Assembly (NCBI GenBank): GCA_047495785.1
Contig: JBLDXI010000058.1
Location: 248,001 to 312,000, forward strand
DNA length: 64,000 nt
Direction: 5' to 3'
Origin: Lepidodermella squamata
Lineage: Eukaryota > Animalia > Gastrotricha
In this document: piece by piece, positions 38,001-49,375 of the stretch
Numbering within the stretch: the first letter of the stretch is position 1
Layout of the letters: each line of letters begins with the position of its first letter
The notes under the pieces: model-generated
Database searches by the model: none
What the model was told of the DNA's origin: nothing
Seen by the model: only the letters and a program-made list of their open reading frames with translations
Position numbers and translations under genes: made by a program

Positions 38001-39862
38001 GAGCCGTTCGTTTTTCTTTGGAGGTAACTGGAGGTTTTCCCTATTTAATCTTCGCGGGATTAAAACATCATGCCTACTTTTTAGGGCGGGTCGAAGCTTT
38101 TCGTTTAATGGCTATGATTGCCGAATCACACTCAACTTCAGGCGACCAAAATTTGGAAAAGATTGCTCAAATTTGTAAGGAAAGCGGGATGCAAACCAAG
38201 GACTTCTTATTTCCATCGCCCGATTATTCTATAATTTCCGCCGACTTCAACTCGTTATATCCAAGCTGTATGATGGATGGCTACTATGCAATAGGACCAC
38301 CTAAAGTATCCACCTTGGATCTCAGATTAAACAACGAGAAACTGCAGGAGATTTATTCAAAGGAATCTTTTTTTGGTGTCGTACAAGCACGCGTAAGCTC
38401 TTCGCATCTACATATCGTCTCCCTGCTTTCATCATCACCACATTATTTTGCTAGGTATTAGCGCCGAAAAACATCTGGCTACCTGTACTCTGCTTTCGTA
38501 GTAAACAAAACAAGCTCGTGTTCTCATGTTGCTATGCTTGTTCGTCGACTGCAAATCCAAACTTGTGCGTTTCAAGCCGTGAATGCACCCATTCTGATTA
38601 TGAAAGGTCCTGGATTGGTTCGTATTGCTCTGTGGAACTGAAGTACGCTACAGATGTTCATGGCTACAGATTGCTGGAAGTCTACGAGGTTAATAATTTT
38701 GTTTAGCCAACTCATGCATGGCTTCTATCAAGTTATTTTTTTTAGATATGGGAGTTCAAGAAGAGCAATACAATTTTCAGAGATTTCATTAAAAGATTCA
38801 CCATTTTGAAGGCCGAATCCTCCGGCTGGCCGCCAAACTGTGCTACTAGTGAACAAAAAGCACAGTATTTGGAGCAATGGGAACGCATTGGTATAACGAT
38901 TGATAGCACCAAGTTGGATAAAAAGAACCCTGGGTTACGCGCGATCGCCAAATTAGTTTTGAACAGCTTTTTTGGTCGATTTGCTATGAATTCTAATCTA
39001 GAGAGAACAGATTATATCAAATCCCCGTTTCTGCTTCAGCAAATGCTAAATAATCCAGCTTTGGAAATTGTGGATATTCAACCACTAGGCTTACTCATCA
39101 ACTCTGATGATGTCTCTCGCTTGCGAATTGTAACACGGCCAACCAAAGATGCCGACGTTCCAAATGGATCCACCTCAGTTATAACAGCGGCCTTCGTAAC
39201 AGCTAATGCTCGTGTGAAACTGGCTCGTGAGCTGTACCGAGTCGGCCCAAAAAGTGCTATCTACAGCGGTTAGAGAATAGCGCCGCTTATGCTACCAACA
39301 TCTCTACGTTTTTTGTCTTTTGTTTTAGACACGGATTCAATTTTTTGCCTTCAAGGGCCTGGAATTACTAAAATTGAGTTCACACCCGTTCTTGGCGGCT
39401 TGGCGGATCAGCTTGATACAGGGCAACGCATCATTGCAATGGTTGTACTGGGCTGTAAGGCATATGCCCTACTTTTTGCTGACGGCAAAGCCAAGCTAAT
39501 GTTAAAGGTAATTGCTACTTGTTGTTACGCCCTCTGTTTTTTATTATTTACGTCACGCGCAGGGAATACGTCAAAGTTTTCATTCACGCAGTCTTCTCGA
39601 TTTTTTCTTGTTCATCAAGCATGTAATACAAAGTCTCCACGATAACGAAACCAGCGGAAGCGGGGGCCGGGGTGATAACAACAAAAACAGCGTCATCGCT
39701 GAATTGGATCAGACTCAGTTTAAAAAAGTGCATACTCCGTTATCGGAAATTCATTGTGTTCATATAACAAAAAAGATTCGTTTAACCTATGATAAACGTT
39801 GGCTACGCCCCGGCGATGCTTCCTTTCTAACTTATCCACATGGATATAGCGCTGATCAATGA
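35007..39862 (+). CDS. Protein-primed family B DNA polymerase (pPolB), 11 exons, ~1424 aa, left arm
   Basis: ExoI FWDTET, ExoII AHNSANFD, ExoIII YCIQDC, FFG|GRVE, DFNSLYP, KLVLNSFFGRF, YS|DTDS, CKAY, LK|GI, YDKR, PHGY; introns 36166-36222, 36301-36352, 36547-36605, 37040-37099, 37172-37229, 38024-38084, 38393-38454, 38689-38745, 39269-39328, 39508-39562 give one open frame of 4275 nt. Confidence 0.93.
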
Positions 39863-39869
39863 TCGATTA

Positions 39870-41024
39870 TTACATGAATAAACTCCAAAACCCTGTGCCA
39901 GCTTGAAACTTGTTGATTTTATTTATCTTACGCTGTGACGTTCTTCGGAAAAGTTTTCCAGGTGGTGATATTTGTGTTTGATCAGTCATAGAACGTGGCT
40001 TTCTACCGCGCTTTTGACCCTTCCGTGGCGTTGCCGCTGCAGTTGCTGCTCCAGCTAGCTCAATTTCCATCGGTTCAGCGGCAGCGGCTTCTTCTTGCCT
40101 TTCTGCTTGATTATCATCATTATCAGCACCATCTTGCAGCTCTTCACTATTGCTGCCGCTGCTGTCCTCATCGCCGCTAAACGAAGACGACCCTGCTGTT
40201 GTGTTGCTGTCTCGAGGGGCCTGGGGGGTGCGCGCGCGGGGGGTCCCTCCTCTCGTAGGCAGCTGCTCATCATTAGGCCGATCAACAACAACATCATCGT
40301 GGCTGAGGACGGTCGTGGCTGCAGCGCTAGAAGTCGATGATGTTTGCGGGGCAGCGAATAGAAAATCCATTTGAAGATCATCAAATTCATAATTGCTGCT
40401 ATTATCAGTTGAAGGTCGTGGCGTTGTATTAGGTGAAAACTGCTGCTGAAAGCCGCCAATACCCGAATCTCTGTTATAGTTGTTATAGCTAGGCCCGGCC
40501 GCTTGACCAAAATTACTAGATGTTAATTTAGTAGGTTGTTGGCGCGCAAGTTGTTGTTGCTGCTGTTTTTTTGGAGGAGGAGGAGGAGGAGGAGAAGAAG
40601 CAGAAGGAAGCGGCGGCGGCGGCAGCGGAGGAGGAGGAGGAGGAGGAGGAGGAGGAGGAGGAGGAGGAGAGCGCGGCCTCGATTCTGCTCGATCTGCTGG
40701 TGCAGGCGACATTGGAATAGCGGCTGGCGGCTGGCTACTGCCTTGTAAAACTACCAGCTTCTTCAAATTCATAATCTCATGCATGAGTTCGTTACGTTTT
40801 CGCACTAAATCGGCTGAATTATCACTACTACTAGCGTTGTTTATCACATCCCGGTCTAAAGACTGTAATAGCTGCACTAGTTTGAAAAGCAGAGGATTGC
40901 TCAGCAATGTTTTAGCAGCAATCAAGTCGCTCGCGTTTGGTTGTTGTTGTTGTTGTTGTGCTGGAGTTGGCCCAGGTGTCGCAAGTGGAACAATAGTCAT
41001 GCGCTGTGCATAGTTTCGCTGCAT
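39870..41024 (-). CDS. Proline-rich low-complexity Polinton protein (384 aa), left arm
   Basis: N-terminal YAQRMTIVP..LQSLDRDVI resembles the Polinton 'AKKMVLVP..LD.EM..IL' ORF as I recall it; polyproline tract; basic C-terminus. Confidence 0.7.
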   Translation of the reverse strand: MQRNYAQRMTIVPLATPGPTPAQQQQQQPNASDLIAAKTLLSNPLLFKLVQLLQSLDRDVINNASSSDNSADLVRKRNELMHEIMNLKKLVVLQGSSQPPAAIPMSPAPADRAESRPRSPPPPPPPPPPPPPPLPPPPLPSASSPPPPPPPKKQQQQQLARQQPTKLTSSNFGQAAGPSYNNYNRDSGIGGFQQQFSPNTTPRPSTDNSSNYEFDDLQMDFLFAAPQTSSTSSAAATTVLSHDDVVVDRPNDEQLPTRGGTPRARTPQAPRDSNTTAGSSSFSGDEDSSGSNSEELQDGADNDDNQAERQEEAAAAEPMEIELAGAATAAATPRKGQKRGRKPRSMTDQTQISPPGKLFRRTSQRKINKINKFQAGTGFWSLFM

Positions 41025-41027
41025 AGT

Positions 41028-41441
41028 TTAGATTCGAAGAAGCCTCTTGAGTTCTGAATAATCAAACTTTAGCCTGGGTGCAAAGGATTTCAATACAGTG
41101 GGTAAAACTGCAAAAAAGGAAGCTTTCGAAGCCTTATTTCGCCTATTGTTCTTGTTGCTATTAAGGCAGTGTCGAATAAAAACTTGCCGGTTGTGCTCGA
41201 CCAAATTGACACCTTTTTGTTTCAATTTAGCCAAATCAGGGGCCAGAACAGTACTAGTGCTGCGAAGCCAATACAAGGCGCAACGGCTAAGAAATCGTAT
41301 AAGGCTAACAGAGCTAGTTGCTAAAATATCAGCACGCTGACCGGGGTGAGCATGCAATAACCATTTCAATGCAAGAAAAAGCCGCCGTTTTTTATCAAGA
41401 CTGAACGATGGTGACGTTGCTGAGGTAATAACTTTATTCAT
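41028..41441 (-). CDS. Small basic Polinton protein (137 aa), left arm (upstream region lost)
   Basis: LKWLLHAHPGQRADILATSSVSLIRFLSRCALYWL resembles the small Polinton ORF pattern L..L..AKPKQRKAIL..A...LI..ICECALN.L. Confidence 0.65.
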   Translation of the reverse strand: MNKVITSATSPSFSLDKKRRLFLALKWLLHAHPGQRADILATSSVSLIRFLSRCALYWLRSTSTVLAPDLAKLKQKGVNLVEHNRQVFIRHCLNSNKNNRRNKASKASFFAVLPTVLKSFAPRLKFDYSELKRLLRI

Positions 41442-41464
41442 TTAACGACGAAAATTGGGCGGCA

Positions 41465-41838
41465 CTTGAATACGACAACCATTCTCCTTCAACAAGTTTT
41501 GTTTACTCGAGCAAAAAATAGCAGGGAAATTCTGGTTTGCCTCAGAAAATTATTGTTTTTTCTTCTATGTATTTTCTATTCTATAGCAAAATGCAAACTA
41601 TTTATTCTATTTTCGCTGCATTTCCGACTCTGCAAGCTTTAGATCATATGCACAACGGCGTTCCCCAATGGGCTGGCGAGGCCTTCTTGAAGCGTTGAAC
41701 CAAGCAACTGCTGAATCATCTCACACGCCACTGCTACTGGATAATTGTGCAACTACTCCGGATAATCTCCGCATTCGTTCGAGCAATGGCTTCGGTAGTA
41801 AACCTGGTTACGCTTACATTTTAGTCTCAAAGAAATGA
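41465..41838 (+). pseudogene. 5'-truncated A32/FtsK-like genome-packaging ATPase in the palindrome spacer
   Basis: (GR)HLNTTTILLQQVLFTRAKNSREIL|QNANYLFYFRCISDSASFRSYAQRRSP..LLEALNQAT..PLLLDNCATTPDNLRIRS with intron 41535-41586; matches the Polinton ATPase C-half pattern; Walker A/B absent. Confidence 0.8.
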
Positions 41839-41889
41839 TGATATGTACTATTATAAAAGGATTCATTGCCGCCCAATTTTCGTCGTTAA

Positions 41890-42303
41890 ATGAATAAAGT
41901 TATTACCTCAGCAACGTCACCATCGTTCAGTCTTGATAAAAAACGGCGGCTTTTTCTTGCATTGAAATGGTTATTGCATGCTCACCCCGGTCAGCGTGCT
42001 GATATTTTAGCAACTAGCTCTGTTAGCCTTATACGATTTCTTAGCCGTTGCGCCTTGTATTGGCTTCGCAGCACTAGTACTGTTCTGGCCCCTGATTTGG
42101 CTAAATTGAAACAAAAAGGTGTCAATTTGGTCGAGCACAACCGGCAAGTTTTTATTCGACACTGCCTTAATAGCAACAAGAACAATAGGCGAAATAAGGC
42201 TTCGAAAGCTTCCTTTTTTGCAGTTTTACCCACTGTATTGAAATCCTTTGCACCCAGGCTAAAGTTTGATTATTCAGAACTCAAGAGGCTTCTTCGAATC
42301 TAA
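41890..42303 (+). CDS. Small basic Polinton protein (137 aa), right arm
   Basis: Identical to 41028-41441; TATAAAA at 41852 upstream; follows the ATPase stop. Confidence 0.68.
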   Translation: MNKVITSATSPSFSLDKKRRLFLALKWLLHAHPGQRADILATSSVSLIRFLSRCALYWLRSTSTVLAPDLAKLKQKGVNLVEHNRQVFIRHCLNSNKNNRRNKASKASFFAVLPTVLKSFAPRLKFDYSELKRLLRI

Positions 42304-42306
42304 ACT

Positions 42307-43458
42307 ATGCAGCGAAACTATGCACAGCGCATGACTATTGTTCCACTTGCGACACCTGGGCCAACTCCAGCACAACAACAACAACAACAACCAAACGCGA
42401 GCGACTTGATTGCTGCTAAAACATTGCTGAGCAATCCTCTGCTTTTCAAACTAGTGCAGCTATTACAGTCTTTAGACCGGGATGTGATAAACAACGCTAG
42501 TAGTAGTGATAATTCAGCCGATTTAGTGCGAAAACGTAACGAACTCATGCATGAGATTATGAATTTGAAGAAGCTGGTAGTTTTACAAGGCAGTAGCCAG
42601 CCGCCAGCCGCTATTCCAATGTCGCCTGCACCAGCAGATCGAGCAGAATCGAGGCCGCGCTCTCCTCCTCCTCCTCCTCCTCCTCCTCCTCCTCCTCCTC
42701 CGCTGCCGCCGCCGCCGCTTCCTTCTGCTTCTTCTCCTCCTCCTCCTCCTCCTCCAAAAAAACAGCAGCAACAACAACTTGCGCGCCAACAACCTACTAA
42801 ATTAACATCTAGTAATTTTGGTCAAGCGGCCGGGCCTAGCTATAACAACTATAACAGAGATTCGGGTATTGGCGGCTTTCAGCAGCAGTTTTCACCTAAT
42901 ACAACGCCACGACCTTCAACTGATAATAGCAGCAATTATGAATTTGATGATCTTCAAATGGATTTTCTATTCGCTGCCCCGCAAACATCATCGACTTCTA
43001 GCGCTGCAGCCACGACCGTCCTCAGCCACGATGATGTTGTTGTTGATCGGCCTAATGATGAGCAGCTGCCTACGAGAGGAGGGACCCCCCGCGCGCGCAC
43101 CCCCCAGGCCCCTCGAGACAGCAACACAACAGCAGGGTCGTCTTCGTTTAGCGGCGATGAGGACAGCAGCGGCAGCAATAGTGAAGAGCTGCAAGATGGT
43201 GCTGATAATGATGATAATCAAGCAGAAAGGCAAGAAGAAGCCGCTGCCGCTGAACCGATGGAAATTGAGCTAGCTGGAGCAGCAACTGCAGCGGCAACGC
43301 CACGGAAGGGTCAAAAGCGCGGTAGAAAGCCACGTTCTATGACTGATCAAACACAAATATCACCACCTGGAAAACTTTTCCGAAGAACGTCACAGCGTAA
43401 GATAAATAAAATCAACAAGTTTCAAGCTGGCACAGGGTTTTGGAGTTTATTCATGTAA
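42307..43458 (+). CDS. Proline-rich low-complexity Polinton protein (383 aa), right arm
   Basis: Mirror of 39870-41024 with one fewer Pro. Confidence 0.7.
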   Translation: MQRNYAQRMTIVPLATPGPTPAQQQQQQPNASDLIAAKTLLSNPLLFKLVQLLQSLDRDVINNASSSDNSADLVRKRNELMHEIMNLKKLVVLQGSSQPPAAIPMSPAPADRAESRPRSPPPPPPPPPPPPPLPPPPLPSASSPPPPPPPKKQQQQQLARQQPTKLTSSNFGQAAGPSYNNYNRDSGIGGFQQQFSPNTTPRPSTDNSSNYEFDDLQMDFLFAAPQTSSTSSAAATTVLSHDDVVVDRPNDEQLPTRGGTPRARTPQAPRDSNTTAGSSSFSGDEDSSGSNSEELQDGADNDDNQAERQEEAAAAEPMEIELAGAATAAATPRKGQKRGRKPRSMTDQTQISPPGKLFRRTSQRKINKINKFQAGTGFWSLFM

Positions 43459-43465
43459 TAATCGA

Positions 43466-46400
43466 TCATTGATCAGCGCTATATCCATGTGGATAAGTTA
43501 GAAAGGAAGCATCGCCGGGGCGTAGCCAACGTTTATCATAGGTTAAACGAATCTTTTTTGTTATATGAACACAATGAATTTCCGATAACGGAGTATGCAC
43601 TTTTTTAAACTGAGTCTGATCCAATTCAGCGATGACGCTGTTTTTGTTGTTATCACCCCGGCCCCCGCTTCCGCTGGTTTCGTTATCGTGGAGACTTTGT
43701 ATTACATGCTTGATGAACAAGAAAAAATCGAGAAGACTGCGTGAATGAAAACTTTGACGTATTCCCTGCGCGTGACGTAAATAATAAAAAACAGAGGGCG
43801 TAACAACAAGTAGCAATTACCTTTAACATTAGCTTGGCTTTGCCGTCAGCAAAAAGTAGGGCATATGCCTTACAGCCCAGTACAACCATTGCAATGATGC
43901 GTTGCCCTGTATCAAGCTGATCCGCCAAGCCGCCAAGAACGGGTGTGAACTCAATTTTAGTAATTCCAGGCCCTTGAAGGCAAAAAATTGAATCCGTGTC
44001 TAAAACAAAAGACAAAAAACGTAGAGATGTTGGTAGCATAAGCGGCGCTATTCTCTAACCGCTGTAGATAGCACTTTTTGGGCCGACTCGGTACAGCTCA
44101 CGAGCCAGTTTCACACGAGCATTAGCTGTTACGAAGGCCGCTGTTATAACTGAGGTGGATCCATTTGGAACGTCGGCATCTTTGGTTGGCCGTGTTACAA
44201 TTCGCAAGCGAGAGACATCATCAGAGTTGATGAGTAAGCCTAGTGGTTGAATATCCACAATTTCCAAAGCTGGATTATTTAGCATTTGCTGAAGCAGAAA
44301 CGGGGATTTGATATAATCTGTTCTCTCTAGATTAGAATTCATAGCAAATCGACCAAAAAAGCTGTTCAAAACTAATTTGGCGATCGCGCGTAACCCAGGG
44401 TTCTTTTTATCCAACTTGGTGCTATCAATCGTTATACCAATGCGTTCCCATTGCTCCAAATACTGTGCTTTTTGTTCACTAGTAGCACAGTTTGGCGGCC
44501 AGCCGGAGGATTCGGCCTTCAAAATGGTGAATCTTTTAATGAAATCTCTGAAAATTGTATTGCTCTTCTTGAACTCCCATATCTAAAAAAAATAACTTGA
44601 TAGAAGCCATGCATGAGTTGGCTAAACAAAATTATTAACCTCGTAGACTTCCAGCAATCTGTAGCCATGAACATCTGTAGCGTACTTCAGTTCCACAGAG
44701 CAATACGAACCAATCCAGGACCTTTCATAATCAGAATGGGTGCATTCACGGCTTGAAACGCACAAGTTTGGATTTGCAGTCGACGAACAAGCATAGCAAC
44801 ATGAGAACACGAGCTTGTTTTGTTTACTACGAAAGCAGAGTACAGGTAGCCAGATGTTTTTCGGCGCTAATACCTAGCAAAATAATGTGGTGATGATGAA
44901 AGCAGGGAGACGATATGTAGATGCGAAGAGCTTACGCGTGCTTGTACGACACCAAAAAAAGATTCCTTTGAATAAATCTCCTGCAGTTTCTCGTTGTTTA
45001 ATCTGAGATCCAAGGTGGATACTTTAGGTGGTCCTATTGCATAGTAGCCATCCATCATACAGCTTGGATATAACGAGTTGAAGTCGGCGGAAATTATAGA
45101 ATAATCGGGCGATGGAAATAAGAAGTCCTTGGTTTGCATCCCGCTTTCCTTACAAATTTGAGCAATCTTTTCCAAATTTTGGTCGCCTGAAGTTGAGTGT
45201 GATTCGGCAATCATAGCCATTAAACGAAAAGCTTCGACCCGCCCTAAAAAGTAGGCATGATGTTTTAATCCCGCGAAGATTAAATAGGGAAAACCTCCAG
45301 TTACCTCCAAAGAAAAACGAACGGCTCTCCATTACATTAGCTATTGTGAGATTATCATAAATCTCCTGTGCTCTCGGGTGTTGTTTGAAACTAGCTCTAA
45401 TTTCATGCTCCCAAAAGCTTTGAAGAATGTAACCATTCGAGCGAAACAACTCTTCACGTTCCAAGGTTTGCTTGTAAACTACGCCGTTTGGTTGTCCAGA
45501 TAGAAAATTTAGTTGTGAGGCCTCAAAGCATTGCAAGCAGCCATGGACAGCACAACCATGAACCTCGACAATCAGATCGGGTTCACTCGGAATTTTATCA
45601 CGACGTGCAACAAAACCGTCGACGCGATAAGGATAACGGTGGCCAGGTATAGATATTCGAACTTCTTGACGTGAGTTCTGAGCGTGTTTCATTGAACCAT
45701 AAGTTTCAGGGTCAGACTCCATCAGAAATTGAAGAAAAGCTATCGAGAGCCTGCTGTGTGAATCCTTGCCACAGTAGCCAGCGGTCGGGATGACAGGTAA
45801 TGTATCCTTCGTAAGAAACAGCTTGCGGAAGCATGTGCTTGTGAGAGAAGCTAGTGTGATGCATTCTTTAAAGGCATCAGTAGAACACAACTCCAGCATT
45901 AGCGCCCGAAATTTGATTGACGCCTTTTCCAAAACTAGACAATCCTGTATGCAGTATTGCAGTAACGTGTGGCGAACACTGAACCGTTTCAGTTTGTTTT
46001 CGTTGTAGAAAGTTAGAAATTCTGCTCTTTCAGAAGGAGACATTTTGTCAGGCTCATAGTAGATCATATTAGGCAGCTGTGGGAATTCGAGATTGAAACT
46101 CGAAGGATTACAGCGAATTCAATCACAATAGCTCAAGAAGTTGATGATGTACTTACTTTTCTTTAGTGCATAAGACGTAAGGAAAGAAGGTTTTCTTGTC
46201 TGGGATTCCCATTGTTGCTGGTAAATCCCTGTTGTTGAACAAATACCTGTAAGCAATGTAGTTTCTTAGTGTTTCTTAGGTAACCTACCTTAATCTGCAT
46301 TGAAAAAAGAGATATGAATCCAAAAATCTGATTTTTTGTTGTTTGAAATCAATGCATAGTAGAGATCCCTGCCTTTGAAGAATCTTCACTTTAGAACATC

Positions 46401-48321
46401 GTGTTTGAATTTCTTTCAGTAATAATAAGGAATCGAAATTGGCTGAGTTGTGAGCCAAATAAATCGACTGGTAATTCATAGGTAGAAGCACCCAGTTTAC
46501 GAAATCCTCCAGAGGACGACTTCCATAAAAAATATGAAGTCCACAACTAGAATGGCATCGCTGAATCCTCGCTTCGATGCAGTGAGGTATGCATACGACC
46601 TTTGCAACGATAAGGCATACTTGGAACTCATTGTTGTTATCAGCAAGTGATGGCGAAAATGTCTCAGTGTCCCAAAAAACTAGGTTACGATAACGTTCCA
46701 GTTTATTCGCCGGTTTCAAGGGCTAAAAATACACCAACCACAGTATTTTGAAAAAAGCTGGACTGAAAAAAATGAGTATACCAAGGGAGTCATGAAGCAG
46801 AAGTGTGTGCCATTTTCTTCGTCGCTGGCTTTCAAAGGCTCCTGACAAATGTGACAGCGCCGCCCGGGACACATAGCCTCATGCTTGAGAAAATGTACAA
46901 ATTTCCTCCCGCATTTAAAGCATGGATTCTTTTTAGCACATTTGTGGTTTTGCTTACAACGTTCGCTATACAAAACTAAAAACATAAAAAGAGCTGAATA
47001 ATAATGAAAAGGTTAAAAACATCAGACCTGCACGACATTGCGGACACCGCGTGTAGTTTTGTTGGTCTGTGTTGGAAATCACACGGCAAATGCTCCCTGA
47101 TACACCTAAAATAATATTAATGATAAAAGAAGTGAAATTCAGGTTTTTCATGTAAAAATTACGGCAGGAAGAGCATGCCAACTTGCATCTGTGCACAGCC
47201 GTACTCGTTTTCGTCTGAAAGCAAGTGGGGCATATTCGTTGTGCATTGCTAAGAGTGGCCTTCATAAAGTTGAGATTCGCAATGACATGAAAATGATGAC
47301 TGTTGGGCTGAGAGACGTCGTTGCGATAAACCAGTAGAACAACAGGAAGCAACCCAAGGCTTACGCGATGATCAAATTCTGGGATTTCCCTAATAACATC
47401 CTGTGATTCGTACGAGTATACTACGAATCTGTAAGTATTATGTTCAGGATCGATAGCCGAACACAGGGCTGAGTAATGATCATCTAGATTGTAGGCTGGA
47501 AGGTTGAGAGGTAAGCCCGCTTTCTGATATAGCGCCGTGGCTTCGCGAAATTGACGATTGGTTCGCGTACTACGTATCGATTTGAAGGTTGCTTGAAGAG
47601 ATGGATCCGTAGGATTCGCCTTCATGTGAGCCAAAGCCACTCCAGTGATGAGAGCTCTGCCCATGCAAAGATTGTTCGTTTCATTCTTGCGCGCTCCGAT
47701 TCTAACGATCGATTTGGAGCGAAGAAAAAATTTGTCCAAAGTTTCGTTTATAGCCCGCTCTGCCCGAGAACCACCAACAATTTGACCTAGATCTGCATTG
47801 GGGTTATCAATGACACAGAGACGAATTGTCCACCGACCAGCAAATGAGAGTTCTTCATTACTCTGTAATATTTTTCTCAGTTGATCAAAAATTGAAATTT
47901 CCAGCAACCGATCGCGTTTCATGAAGGGTAGGCTAAGAGGCATCTTCAAGTCGGGGTGGTACAGTGTTAGCCGGCAGAAGGAATTCACAGGTAAATCACG
48001 ATGGATATTTACAACAATATCGAACAGGAAGTTGGCCAGAATATTGAAGCGGGTCTCCAAATCAATATTAGCCACCTGGTCGGCTGGTACGTTCTGCACA
48101 AATGATCGAATATTATCCAGTCGAGGTTCATCAGCGCCACCAGACAATTGAATCATCGGCCCAAGCGAACTAGAAGATTGGCCATATCTGTTGATGTAGG
48201 TTGAGGCAAAGTCGGATGTTACGGGCTGAATGAAGTACTCCACAGAAAACATTTTGAATTTTGTAGAATGAATCAGGCGATTACTTCGAATAAATGAGTA
48301 TTGTAAACTATAGTTATCCAT
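43466..48321 (-). CDS. Protein-primed DNA polymerase B, 11 exons, right arm
   Basis: Mirror of 35007-39862. Confidence 0.93.
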
Positions 48322-48438
48322 AACAATCTAAGATTAAAAATTTAAAATTGATCGAATTTGGGAAGAGGTAAAACTTTATTACAAGGATAGATTGAAATAA
48401 ATATTCAGTAAGTCATTTTAGTCAAGTTTTGTGTTAGC

Positions 48439-48960
48439 TTATTCATTGGCTGTTTCAATCATCGCTGCAACAGTTAACACCCCAGTTGCAAGGTCTTGAA
48501 ACTGAGCTGCATCAAGAGAGACTCCTTGTCTTGAGGGTTGTTTATTTCCTAAAAAGTTAAATCATAAAAAGATTGCTATTACTGTAAATTTGAAGTAAAT
48601 ACCTTTAGCATCCAGATAAAACCTGCGTATATCTATAAGAATCGGTGAAAATGATGGCACAAAGACACAGACTTCAATTTTGCATTCATGCATCGAAAAT
48701 TTAAAGCCTGTGTTGTGAGATAGCAGGGCAAGTTGAGCCTGAGCAACCCAAGCATCATTCGGCGGTCGAAAATAAGGAACGAACTGGCTAAGAAATTCGT
48801 CTTGTCTAAAGGCGAGTTTTTTAGGCTTATCGTTCTTATCTTTGCGATCAGTCATTATGTAGATGAGATTAGAATCCTGAGGATGCTGTTGAATGACCAA
48901 GTTACTAGACATGTGATGATTGACTGTCTGGTTAGCAGATTCTACTATCGCCTCAGCCAT
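48439..48960 (-). CDS. PC4/Sub1-domain protein, right arm
   Basis: Mirror of 34368-34889. Confidence 0.85.
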
Positions 48961-49002
48961 GATTATTGAAAATTAAATCTAATGAAATAAGAATGTAAAA
49001 CT

Positions 49003-49365
49003 TTAAGGGATGGGTTCTTTATATTGGCATAACTTTTCATGCCCAAAAATGAGGTCATAAGTTAGAGTAATGGGACAGCCTTTATCAGAATATTGGCATT
49101 TGTAAATCAAATTCGAGATAATGTTCGATAAAATTACAGGGGGTTTAACGAAATCTTTCCCTGTTAATGATTCGCGGCAAAGTGGACAGCAACATACTGT
49201 TCGAGCTGAATTTTGAAAAATAGCGAGAACACATTTAGTACAAAATAAATGGCCACAGGGGCGCGTTTGAATAGGATTAAGTAGGATAGATAAACAAATT
49301 GGACATTGCAAAGATTCAGCGTCTAAAATCTGGCTGTTCGAGAGCACAAGTCTTGTTGGATCCAT
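49003..49365 (-). CDS. RING plus TRAF-type zinc-finger protein, right arm
   Basis: Mirror of 33963-34325. Confidence 0.88.
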   Translation of the reverse strand: MDPTRLVLSNSQILDAESLQCPICLSILLNPIQTRPCGHLFCTKCVLAIFQNSARTVCCCPLCRESLTGKDFVKPPVILSNIISNLIYKCQYSDKGCPITLTYDLIFGHEKLCQYKEPIP

Positions 49366-49375
49366 CAATGAGGAT

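Larger units (their letters stand above)
31732..41464. repeat. Left arm of a ~9.73 kb near-perfect inverted repeat
   Basis: Reverse complement of 41867-51595; mirrored ORF coordinates sum to 83328 or 83331; only differences noticed are one CCT unit and one A. Confidence 0.98.

Noticed and set aside
35007-39862. pPolB as a frameshifted pseudogene
   Set aside because: Every break coincides with a 52-62 bp GT-AG intron and splicing restores one open frame with intact motifs
40536-40748. Poly-arginine protamine-like ORF (and mirror 42583-42792)
   Set aside because: Antisense reading of the CCT polyproline tract
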